From: an uncultured Heliomicrobium sp.
GTDB taxonomy: Bacteria; Acidobacteriota; Blastocatellia; RBC074
Length of the DNA stretch: 64,000 bases
NCBI GenBank assembly: GCA_964603695.1
Contig: CAZRXE010000825.1
Span: forward strand, 30,642-94,641
Reading direction: 5' to 3'
This document shows positions 32,018-41,500 of this stretch, one piece after another; position 1 is the first letter of the stretch, and the number at the start of each line of letters is the position of its first letter. The translations under genes were made by a program, and so were the position numbers. The notes under the pieces were generated by a model. It made no database searches. It saw nothing but the letters and a program-made list of their open reading frames with translations, and was not told the DNA's origin.

Positions 32018-32580
32018 CGTTCTCCCTGATACTGTAAGCGCAAGTCTTCCTGCTCGTTTGAGGGCGCAGTGCCTGCTGGCTTTTTCTTCGGTTTGATGAT
32101 GGCCGGCACGCCCACGGCGATGGAACCGGCAGGCACATCTGTCAGCACCACGGCGTTTGCGCCAATCGCCACGTCATCGCCAATGCGAATCGGCCCCAGG
32201 ATTTTCGCGCCTGCGCCGATGTCCACACGATTGCCGATGTTGGGCGCGCCGCGCACGCCTGTGCGCCGCAAGCCCACGGTGACGCCGTTGCGAATCGTCA
32301 CGTCATCGCCAAAGACTGCGTCGCCGCTGATGATGATGTCGCCGAAATGCTCGATCCTGAACCGCCGGCCAAGCGTCACTTCACAAGGCAGGTCAATGCC
32401 GGTCAAAATCTGACTGAGCACCTTCAGCCAGCGATAAACGAAGGAAAACGGCATCCGCAGCAACGCTGGTCGAATGCCATATCGCCAGCGTCCGAAGCGA
32501 TACACGGCCATCACCCACAAACCTTGCCGCGCAAGGTCTCGTTCGTAGGTTTCCCAATCCTGGCGCAGATTCGCGAACAT
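32014..32580 (-). CDS. Serine-O-acetyltransferase-like hexapeptide acetyltransferase (CysE/WcaB family).
   Basis: 'ILTGIDLPCEVTLGRRFRIEHFGDIIISGDAVFGDDVTIRNGVTVG...RVDIGAGAKILGPIRIGDDVAIGANAVV'. The ATG at 32580 follows 'GGAGG'. Confidence 0.75.
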   Translation of the reverse strand: MFANLRQDWETYERDLARQGLWVMAVYRFGRWRYGIRPALLRMPFSFVYRWLKVLSQILTGIDLPCEVTLGRRFRIEHFGDIIISGDAVFGDDVTIRNGVTVGLRRTGVRGAPNIGNRVDIGAGAKILGPIRIGDDVAIGANAVVLTDVPAGSIAVGVPAIIKPKKKPAGTAPSNEQEDLRLQYQGER

Positions 32581-32611
32581 GCTTCCTCCTCGCTCCTCGA
32601 TTGCCGATGCC

Positions 32612-32950
32612 TTATTCGCGAAACGCCGCCAGCGCTTCTTCGCGGGTGTTGTAAATGTCAAAGACGCGATGCATGCGCACCAGTTCAAACAGCGCCCGCA
32701 CGGGTTTCTGCATGCCGGTCAGTTTCAAATCACCGCCGCCAGCGTTCAGTTGTCGCAAACAAGACAGGATTGCGCCCAGGCCGGAACTGTCCACGAATTT
32801 CAATCCGCTCATATCGAAAATGACTCGCGCCTTTCCGTTCAGTGCGGGCAGCACGTCGCGCTTGAATTCTTTGGCATTTCCCGCATCCAGCGATTCGACT
32901 GGAATCTGAAAAATCGTCGTGTTCTCGACGGTTTCAAATGTTGCTTCCAT
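32612..32950 (-). CDS. STAS-domain anti-sigma-factor antagonist (SpoIIAA/RsbV/SypA-like).
   Basis: 112 aa. 'LDAGNAKEFKRDVLPALNGKARVIFDMSGLKFVDSSGLGAI' contains the conserved phosphorylatable Ser in the 'DSSGLG' context. The ATG at 32950 follows 'GGAGG'. Confidence 0.8.
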   Translation of the reverse strand: MEATFETVENTTIFQIPVESLDAGNAKEFKRDVLPALNGKARVIFDMSGLKFVDSSGLGAILSCLRQLNAGGGDLKLTGMQKPVRALFELVRMHRVFDIYNTREEALAAFRE

Positions 32951-35021
32951 GAATTCCTCCATCAATGGTTTTGAATAAAGAAATGGTGTGACGCCCCTGG
33001 CGATCCGTTTCGTAAACGACCTTGTCCACCAATTCTGAAATAATGAACAGGCCGAAGCCGCCATCTTTTGAACCATCAAAAGTCGGTTCCGGGGCCGTTG
33101 CCGGATCGAAGGGCAAGCCTTGATGACGAATGACAAAACTGATCTGGTTTGCCTCTGTCGAACTAAAAAGCTGTATCGGTTGATCTTCCTGCTCTCGATA
33201 CGCGTGTTCCATGACGTTGGCGACCGCTTCATTAACGGCCAGTTCCAACTCGCTGATAACTTCTTCTCCAACCTCTGGGCAGGCTGTTAGGCAGGCTTGC
33301 CGTACGAAATCGCGGCACAGGGTCAGGCTTCGCGGATCGCTCAGCAGGCGCAGTTCCGCCAGTGGAGTAGGATTGGCTTGTGCCAGGACGCGCACGGCCA
33401 CACAGGTCAGGTCATCGCCCAGAGTTTCGCGGCCTGCGAAAGCCAGCACAGTTCGATGCACATCGGCAACAAGCGATTCGGGATCAAGCCTGCAATTACG
33501 CCGGAGCATTTCCAGCATTCGTTCTTCACCGAAAACTTCGCCGTCGGCATTGGTCGCCTCGGTCAATCCGTCCGAGTAAAAAAAGAACAGATCGCCCGGC
33601 ACCAGCGGATACGTGGATTGCTCGTACCTTTCATCCTCAATAAAGCCAATCGGCAGATTGACGCCTTTCAGCAATTCATAGGCGTATGCATCAGGACGAC
33701 AGCGCACTGCGGCGGTGTGTCCGCAATCTACAATTCGCACCTGTTGCGCGGCCAGATCAAAGCGCGCGTAACAAAGCGTCACGAAACTTTCCAGGGTGAT
33801 GAGTTGATGAACAACTTCTTCATGCACGCGGGCGACGATTTCATGCGGTTCCGGCAGGGTTTGTTGCCCGGTCGAGAAAAGCTGGTTCAAGGCGCGTTGA
33901 AAGGCACTTTTAGTGGCTGCGCCGACCAACGCCGCCGGAATGCCTTTGCCCATTACGTCGCCATTGATGATGTCCAGACAGTTCTTGTGCGGCTGAATGA
34001 ATTCATAAAAGTCGCCGTCAATCATCCGCGAAGGAACCGAAAGCACGGCGACTTGCAGGCCGGAAAACGAATCCGGGATTTTTCCGCGCAATAGCATTTG
34101 CTGGATTCTGGAGCCGATCTCGATTTCCTGGCGCAACCGTTCGCTTTCCAATTCCGTGCGGTGCAGCCGTTCGTTTTCGATGATAATCGCTGATTGAGTG
34201 GCCAGAGCGGACAAAAAACGCATGTCGTGCGAATCAAATTCGCCGCCGACCTCTTCCTGCCAGACCACGAGGATGCCGAGGGTTTTCAGGCCGGTGGTCA
34301 GCGGCACAATGGCCACATTGCAGGCAACGGACAACTCCGGTTCCAGGTCGGGTTGCGCGGCAATGCGGTCCCGGCCATTTAACAACAGCCCGTTCCTTTC
34401 CGCAGTGACTTTGCCCAGCAAGCCGCCCGCAATCGAACGCGGGATCAGGTTTTCCACGCCCTGCGCCATCGGATGGTAATTCCCGTCCCGTTCCAGCCAG
34501 AGTACGGCCTTCAACCCGGCGCGATAAGACGTGGCGCGGTGCAAAATGCGCGGCAGAAATTCCAGCGGCTTAATCAAGGAATTCAGGTCTGTGCTGATTT
34601 CATAAATGGCTTCCAGGCTTTCCCAACTGGCACTCAGTTCATCCAGCAACATCTCTTCCTGTTGTTCCAGCCCCGCCTGCCGGTCAAGCAGCACCAGTAA
34701 CTGTTGGACGGAGGCGAACAGCGTTGGTTGCGATTCCGGCGCGCAAACCAGCAATTGTCCTGCACCACATTTCAGTGTCTGACAGGTTCGATTTGCCGGA
34801 CAGGCTTCGATCACGCAATCCGGCGTCAAATCTTTTTGAGAAGAGCAGGGACAAAACGCCCCGCGAGCCAACCAGATTGGCAGTTGACCAACGCAATAAA
34901 CCAAGCCGGTACTGGCTGCCTGAGCAAACGGCACAATGACTTTGTGCAATTCGCTCAGCAGTCTTTGCTCAGCAGGGCTGAGAACAGACAGCAGTTCCAC
35001 GGCTGGGCCAATCGTTGTCAT
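32934..35021 (-). CDS. Partner-switching enzyme fusion: Cys-rich N-terminal region, GAF domain, PP2C (SpoIIE-type) phosphatase, and a C-terminal RsbW-like GHKL serine kinase.
   Basis: Eight Cys in residues 43-93. PP2C motifs 'GDFYEF', 'GDVMGKG', 'FFFYSDGLTEA'. C-terminal HATPase_c 'LAVNEAVANVMEHAY', 'GGFGLFIISELVD'. Confidence 0.8.
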   Translation of the reverse strand: MTTIGPAVELLSVLSPAEQRLLSELHKVIVPFAQAASTGLVYCVGQLPIWLARGAFCPCSSQKDLTPDCVIEACPANRTCQTLKCGAGQLLVCAPESQPTLFASVQQLLVLLDRQAGLEQQEEMLLDELSASWESLEAIYEISTDLNSLIKPLEFLPRILHRATSYRAGLKAVLWLERDGNYHPMAQGVENLIPRSIAGGLLGKVTAERNGLLLNGRDRIAAQPDLEPELSVACNVAIVPLTTGLKTLGILVVWQEEVGGEFDSHDMRFLSALATQSAIIIENERLHRTELESERLRQEIEIGSRIQQMLLRGKIPDSFSGLQVAVLSVPSRMIDGDFYEFIQPHKNCLDIINGDVMGKGIPAALVGAATKSAFQRALNQLFSTGQQTLPEPHEIVARVHEEVVHQLITLESFVTLCYARFDLAAQQVRIVDCGHTAAVRCRPDAYAYELLKGVNLPIGFIEDERYEQSTYPLVPGDLFFFYSDGLTEATNADGEVFGEERMLEMLRRNCRLDPESLVADVHRTVLAFAGRETLGDDLTCVAVRVLAQANPTPLAELRLLSDPRSLTLCRDFVRQACLTACPEVGEEVISELELAVNEAVANVMEHAYREQEDQPIQLFSSTEANQISFVIRHQGLPFDPATAPEPTFDGSKDGGFGLFIISELVDKVVYETDRQGRHTISLFKTIDGGIHGSNI

Positions 35022-35461
35022 TGTTTACTTACCTCCGCCACTTCAGTAGCAGAAATGGGAATTCGCGGCGGAATGCCTCCCGCTGCCAGTTGATTGAGCA
35101 GCGATGACGGCGCAACGGGTTTTTCGCAGTGCAAATTGGCTCCGGCCTGCAACATCTCTCCAGCGCGTTCCTCGAACGAGCGCGCCGATAAGACTGCAAT
35201 GAACAGATGTTCATAACGAGTTTGCGCTCGCAAGTATTGCAAGACATCCAGGCCGGACAGTTTGGGCATAACCAAATCCAGCAACACTGCATCAGGCTTA
35301 AATTGTTCAACCTGCGCCAGCGCTTCTTCACCGTCAGAAGCGACACAGACTTCATAGCCTGCTTTTTTCAGGACAAATTCCAAAAACCTGGCAATGTGAC
35401 GTTCGTCATCAACAACCAGCACACGGGCTGCGCGCAAAGGACTGATCGTTATTGCTTGCAT
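35018..35461 (-). CDS. Stand-alone response-regulator receiver (REC) protein.
   Basis: 'RVLVVDDERHIARFLEFVLKKAGYEV', 'DAVLLDLVMPKLSG', 'EKP'. 4-bp overlap with the downstream phosphatase-kinase gene. Confidence 0.8.
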   Translation of the reverse strand: MQAITISPLRAARVLVVDDERHIARFLEFVLKKAGYEVCVASDGEEALAQVEQFKPDAVLLDLVMPKLSGLDVLQYLRAQTRYEHLFIAVLSARSFEERAGEMLQAGANLHCEKPVAPSSLLNQLAAGGIPPRIPISATEVAEVSKQ

Positions 35462-36099
35462 GATCCTCCTTATACTGTGTGGAAGGGACGTGCGTGTTTC
35501 TCAAAAAGGGAAAACGCCTCGGTTCGTGGTCGGACGAGAATTCCGGGAAGAGGCATCGCGGCAAATGCCCTTATTCCGGTGGCTTTGGCCCAACAAGAAA
35601 ATTGCTCCATCAAAACTTCAACCCATTTCCGTTGATGAGGGGGCATTGAATATAGCGGCGAATTGTGGCGAATCGCGTCAGACAGCCAAGTCGCATTTGG
35701 GGGAACAAACGAACTCATCAGTATAATCCTATGGTATGTGTTTTTCTCTGTTCGCGTGGGATAGCCTCAGGCCGAGACTGCAAACATTTAGAATGTAAGA
35801 CGAACGCAACCTTAACTTTATTACGATTCTGTTATTTGTCGGAATTTTTCCGTCAGAGGCAGCTCCATTTTTACAGCATTGAGAGGAAGCACTCACAAAA
35901 ACTTTCTTTATCAGGTCTTTTCAAAGGTTCATTGCCGGACTTAAACCTATAAATTACAAATCTTCCAAAGCTTCATTCCAAATCCATCTCAACTTGTAAA
36001 ATGCCATCTGACATTGAGCGAAGTATACGGTATTCACGCCAGTGTACAACCAGAAAGCATAACAAAATCTATTGTGGGAAGTTTTTGGGCAGGGAAGGT
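35462..36099 (-). promoter_or_regulatory. 638-bp AT-rich intergenic region upstream of the REC, phosphatase/kinase, STAS and EPS transcription unit.
   Basis: Sharp GC drop relative to the flanking genes. No credible ORF. This is the only place a promoter for the minus-strand operon can lie. Confidence 0.4.
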
Positions 36100-37482
36100 T
36101 TACGACAAAGTTCGGCGAAACCTGTAAGGTAAAACTTGAGCCATCAGGCCAGTCGCAGCTTGTGTTGTCGTGGATTTTGTTTCCTTCCCCCAAAGCAGAT
36201 AACCTTCCGCCCACCCGGTCAGCAGGAAAAAGATAGGGATCAACTGATTGCCCATAAAAACCGTGGCGATGGAAAAGAGAATCACCCAGTAAATACCCAG
36301 CAAAGTGAAATTGAGCGAGCTGCCGGGCGGATACGAGGGCGTTTCGTTCATGCCGCGCCAGAACAATCGTCCCATAAACCAGATGAAGATCGCGAGAAAC
36401 AGACCCAGCGCCAGCAATCCGTGCATGAGCGCCAGCAGCAGGTAGTAATTGTCAATTGAAGTCATGCCATCTACCTTGGGCCAGTAGTTCCGTCCCCAGC
36501 CAAACACACTTTTTTGCAAAGCAATGTCCAGGTATTTATCAATCAATTCCTTGCGGTAGGCCGCTGATTCCTGGGCAACGGTTTTCGCTCCTGCGCGGCC
36601 CACCGAAACGTATTGCCAAAACGCAATGCCTATGGGCGTGCCGATGACTACCAGCGTTACCAAAATCACCGTGACTGTTTTCCAGCGATTTTTTTGCCTG
36701 CCGATGGCCGTGACCACTGCGCCCAACACACCACCAATCCAGGGGCCGCGTACCATCGTCATCACTACGCCGCTGAGAATTCCTAACGTAATCAACCGCG
36801 CCTTGCTTACAAGTTTAATAGGGTGAAACCTTTTGAATTGCGGTTCCCAATAACCTGACCATTCCAGCCATCTTTGCAAACGATAGGCAATAATCAGAAT
36901 AATGCCCGCCAAAATGGCGTGTCCGTATGGGCCTGCCACGCGCGCAAAGCCCCAGCGGAAGGTTGTCACCCAACCCGCCCCTTGTCCCGGAAAAAAGCGA
37001 TCCAATATCATTCGCCAGGGAGTGGCCCCCATTTTGAATTCGTAGGCTGAAATCAGCGAAATGATGAACAGCAGCCAGGTCAGCCGCCTGGCGAACTCAA
37101 CGCGCAACCCATTTGGTTCCACCAGGCCTTTGGCCAGAGCATAGGGCAGCGCCACCCAACAGATCATTTCAAACATCAGGTTCTGCGCATCGTTGTACCC
37201 CGCATTCAGGTACTCTGAATAACCCACGGCAAGCGCATACCCGCCAACCAGAATATCCGCAAATGAGAAGCGCCATCGCCTGCCCTGTTGGATAAAGAAG
37301 AACGCAGCAATAGGCAAAATCGCGGACATGCTGAAGGTTGGATCAGGCAATCCTGGCGCAATCCAACGGTAATAGTCCGGCATAAGCAACAAGGTCGGCA
37401 GGTACACGTCAAAAAAGGCATGCCGCGGAGACTTTACCCAGGCAATGTAAATAGCAATCAAGCTTGGTAATAAGGCAATCAT
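36100..37482 (-). CDS. Wzy-type polymerase / O-antigen-ligase-family membrane protein.
   Basis: 460 aa, 10 or more TM helices, a large periplasmic loop, Wzy_C-like region 'YLLLALMHGLLALGLFLAIFIWFMG'. Confidence 0.7.
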   Translation of the reverse strand: MIALLPSLIAIYIAWVKSPRHAFFDVYLPTLLLMPDYYRWIAPGLPDPTFSMSAILPIAAFFFIQQGRRWRFSFADILVGGYALAVGYSEYLNAGYNDAQNLMFEMICWVALPYALAKGLVEPNGLRVEFARRLTWLLFIISLISAYEFKMGATPWRMILDRFFPGQGAGWVTTFRWGFARVAGPYGHAILAGIILIIAYRLQRWLEWSGYWEPQFKRFHPIKLVSKARLITLGILSGVVMTMVRGPWIGGVLGAVVTAIGRQKNRWKTVTVILVTLVVIGTPIGIAFWQYVSVGRAGAKTVAQESAAYRKELIDKYLDIALQKSVFGWGRNYWPKVDGMTSIDNYYLLLALMHGLLALGLFLAIFIWFMGRLFWRGMNETPSYPPGSSLNFTLLGIYWVILFSIATVFMGNQLIPIFFLLTGWAEGYLLWGKETKSTTTQAATGLMAQVLPYRFRRTLS

Positions 37483-37978
37483 TCGTGCCTGCGTTTACCC
37501 AACTCGACGGAGTTGGGAACCGGTAGGTTTTCCCTCGCGTTCATTGTTCCATTGAACTTTTGTGTTGAGATTACGCCCACGGCGATATCTGGAACACCCA
37601 TTTTCTAAACTGAGAATTGCTGTCGTCAAGGTAATTTTTCGTTCTGAATCGCTTGTCAGCGCGGGAATTGTTTCGCAAACTTGTTCACCCAATAACACAA
37701 CTTGGTTTGATTCAGACGACCCTGCAACGCTGCGATACAGGGCTTAACCAAAAAAGACAGAATAATAAACGGTGTGTACTCTTGGATTTTGCGTCAGTCT
37801 TGCAATAAATGGAAATCAGCGCCGGTTGGGATTAAAGCGAGTACTCCGATCAATTGTAGGCCTATACAGCAATTTGCAGGTGTCTGCGGCTTCTTGATTG
37901 GGTGTAACAGGTTTCGAACCTGTCACACCTCTGAATGTGCAGGTCGCACTCGGCTGAAAACCGCTATAAGGAGAAAAC
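37483..37978. promoter_or_regulatory. Divergent AT-rich promoter region between wzy and hnoX2. Contains the palindrome GGTGTAACAGG-N7-CCTGTCACACC at 37896-37924.
   Basis: Imperfect inverted repeat with 11-bp arms, one mismatch, centred about 70 bp upstream of the hnoX2 ATG. SD 'AAGGAG' lies before the ATG at 37979. Confidence 0.4.
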
Positions 37979-38545
37979 ATGTACGGCTTGGTAAACAAAG
38001 CTATTGAAGGATTGGTATGTCAGGTCGCAGGTCAGGACGCCTGGCAGGACATTAAGCGGGTCGCAGGAATAGACGTGGACTATTTTATCAGTATGAATCC
38101 GTATCCTGATGACGTGACTTACAAGCTGGTCGGCGCGGCAAGCCAGGTACTTGGCTTGCCAGCCGAAGACATCTTACAGAAATTTGGTGAATACTGGATT
38201 TTGTACACCGGGCAAGAAGGCTACGGGGATTTGTTGACACGCTCTGGGCGAAATTTGAAAGAGTTTCTGATGAACCTGGACAACATACATGCGCAGGTGG
38301 GATTAAGCTTTGAAAAGCTGCAACCGCCGTCGTTCCGCTGCACGGAAGTGGACGACAATTCATTAGTCCTACACTATTATTCGGCGCGCCCGGGACTTGG
38401 CCCAATGATCATTGGTTTATTGCAAGGGTTGGGCAAAATGATGAATACGCGCGTTGAAGTCGCCTACATACTCAATCGCGCTGAGGGGGCAAGCCACGAC
38501 GAATTCCTGGTTCGCTACAATGCAATCAACAGTGAGGTGACTTAA
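37979..38545 (+). CDS. hnoX: H-NOX sensor protein, sGC-beta1 / Nostoc type.
   Basis: 'MYGLVNKAIEGLV' canonical start. Proximal His in 'LDNIHAQV'. 'PSFRCTEVDDNSLVLHYYSARPGL' matches sGC beta1 '[25 protein letters not shown]' including the Y-x-S-x-R motif. Confidence 0.9.
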   Translation: MYGLVNKAIEGLVCQVAGQDAWQDIKRVAGIDVDYFISMNPYPDDVTYKLVGAASQVLGLPAEDILQKFGEYWILYTGQEGYGDLLTRSGRNLKEFLMNLDNIHAQVGLSFEKLQPPSFRCTEVDDNSLVLHYYSARPGLGPMIIGLLQGLGKMMNTRVEVAYILNRAEGASHDEFLVRYNAINSEVT

Positions 38546-38550
38546 TTTAT

Positions 38551-41500
38551 ATGGGTGAGCCGCGTTTCGGACTTTCTCCAAAGCATTTCGCGGAGGCATT
38601 TCCATTCCATTTCGTGCTGGATCGCGACCTGCGGATTGTGCAAGCGGGCAAGGCGCTGGAGCAAATCTGCCGGATCAAGCTGGGAGTAGCCTTTTCCGTT
38701 GCCTTTTATATTGTCCGTCCCAATCTTCACCCTACCTTTGAAGCGATTGGTGACCGACAAAATACGCTGTTTTTGTTGCGGCCAAATAGTGTCCCCATTC
38801 AATTAAAGGGCCAATTCCTGAAAACGGATGCAACGCTCATTTTTCTCGGCTCGCCCAAAATCACTGAACTCAGGGAATTGGATGAACTGGAACTGTCGTT
38901 GATTGATTTTCCCGTGCATGATTCGACCACGCACTATCTGCCGTTGCTGCAAACTTCCAAAATGGCCTTGCGAGAGGCAAATAACCTGGCGGAAATGTTG
39001 GCCAAACAGCGTGCGGAACAGAGCCGGATTAATAGCGAACTGACGGTGCAATTTGAAGTCACGCGGGTTTTGGAAATCGCCGCCTCGCTCGAAGATGCTA
39101 TTCCCAGATTGCTAAGCGCGATTGGCGGCGGATTGGATTGCGGGGTCGGCGAGTTCTGGCAGGTGGATGAAGCAAAGGGGCGGCTTTACTGCGTTGAAAT
39201 GTGGAGCCAATCGCCGGAAAAACATGCGGCCTTTGCACCGGGAACACAGCATTTTAACTTTGCAAAAGGCGAAGGCTTACCAGGTATTACCTGGGAATGC
39301 GGGGAACCTGTTGGTTTTGAGAATGTGACTACCAACCCACGATTTTTACGGGCGGAAGCGGCTCAGGCTGCCGGACTACAAAGTGCTTGGGCGTTTCCTT
39401 TGCAAAGCGGAGGCGACGTGTCAGGTGTGATGGCATTTTACTGCGCTCAGTCTCTCTACTCTGATGAGCGGCTCCAGGCGCTGCTTCGAAACCTCAGCAG
39501 CCAGATTTCACAATTCATTGAGCGAAAACAGGCCGAAAAAGCCTCGCGCGAGGTTGAAACCCGGTATCGCGTGGTCGCCGAAACCGCTTCGGATGCCATT
39601 ATTACGCTGGACCAGGAAAGTCATATTTTGTTTGCCAATCAGGCCGTGGAGCGTATTTTCGGCCATTCTCGCGAATTCCTGATCGGTCAGAAAATCACCT
39701 GTCTGATGCCGAAGGAAATGCAGACCGCGCACAATCGTGGCATTACACGCTATCTCAGGATCAAAAAAAGGCACATTTCGTGGAGCGGGGTTGAAGTGTG
39801 GGGACTGCATCGCGATGGGCACCAGATTCCGCTTGAAGTTTCCTTTTCCGATTACGTCCTCAAAGATCAGCATTTGTTCACAGGTTTTGTTCGTGATATT
39901 TCGCAGCGCAAGCAGGCGGAAGAGCAGTTGCGCGCGGCCAATTCGCGGCTGGCCGCGCTACTGTCAAACTTACAAGACGGCATTCTGGTCGAAGATGAAG
40001 AGCGCCGCCTCGTGCTGGTCAATCAGGAATTCTGCCGCATCTTTGGGATTGAAGCTTCACCGAAGGCCATGGTGGGCGCAGACTGCGCCCAAGCCGCCGA
40101 AAATCTGAAAGGGATTTTTGCCGATTCTGCGCTGTTTCTTTCGCGCATTACAGCGATCCTGGCTGAGCGTCAAGTCGTCGTCAATGAAGAGATTGCACTG
40201 CTTGATGGACGAACGCTGGAACGCAATTACGTGCCGATTTTCGCGGGCGAGATTTACCGAGGACATCTGTGGTCATACCGCGACATCACAACTCGAAAGC
40301 GCATTAAAGAAGAACTGAAAGAGGCCAAAGATTTAGCTGAAAGTGCCAATCTGGCGAAGAGCCAGTTTCTGGCCAATATGAGCCACGAAATTCGCACGCC
40401 GATGAATGCAGTCATTGGCTTGACCGGGCTGTTGCTTGATACGGAATTAAACGCCCAGCAGCGCGATTACCTGCAAACGATTCGCAGCAGCGGCGAGGAC
40501 TTGCTGACGATCATCAATGACATTCTGGATTTCTCGAAGATCGAATCGGGCCGGCTCGAATTAGACTGGCATCCCTGCGATCTACGCCTTTGCCTGGAAG
40601 AAGCCCTGGACTTGCTCGCCACGCGGGCCGCCGAAAAGAAACTGGAGCTTGCCTGCGTGATTGAAAGCGGCACGCCCGCGCACGTGGTCACGGATGCGAC
40701 TCGTTTACGGCAAATTCTGGTCAACCTGCTCAGCAACGCCGTCAAATTCACCGAAGCCGGTGAAGTGGTGGTTCAGGTGCTGGCAGAACCGCTTGACAAC
40801 GGCCAATACGAAATCCGTTTTTCGGTCCGAGACTCTGGCATAGGCATTCCGGCAGAGCGCATGGACAGGCTGTTCCGTTCGTTTTCGCAAGTAGACGCTT
40901 CGACAACACGCACGTATGGCGGCACGGGTCTGGGACTGGCCGTCTGCAAACGACTGACGAAAATGTTGGGCGGCAAAATCTGGGCGGAAAGCGAATTCGG
41001 AGCCGGCTCGACCTTCTTTTTCACCATTCGCGCGGAACCGGCCGCGCCGCTCAATCCACCTTCCGAACAAGGCGCGGCTGAGTCTTTGCGCCACAAACGT
41101 GTGCTGGTAGTGGACGACAATGCGACCAGTCGTCTGATTCTGCGGCGTCAGATGCAGGATTGGGAAATGCTGCCGCGCGTGACCGCTTCAGCCCACGAAG
41201 CGCTGAGCTGGATCCGCGCCGGGGAAACATTCGACGTGGCGCTTCTGGATATGCGCATGCCGGAAATGGACGGATTGCGGCTGGCCTCACTAATTCAGGC
41301 CGAGCGCGGGAACTCACTGCCCATTGCCATTTTCAGTTCCATCAACCGCCGCGAATTGGAAAACGAACGTGATGAATTGGCTGGCGCGACTCTGCCAGAA
41401 GTGGCCGGTGTGTTGACCAAGCCGATCAAGTCTGGCCAGTTGCGCACCTTGTTGCTGAACATCCTGGCCAAGAGTTCGACCGCCGCCAAACCCTTGCTCG

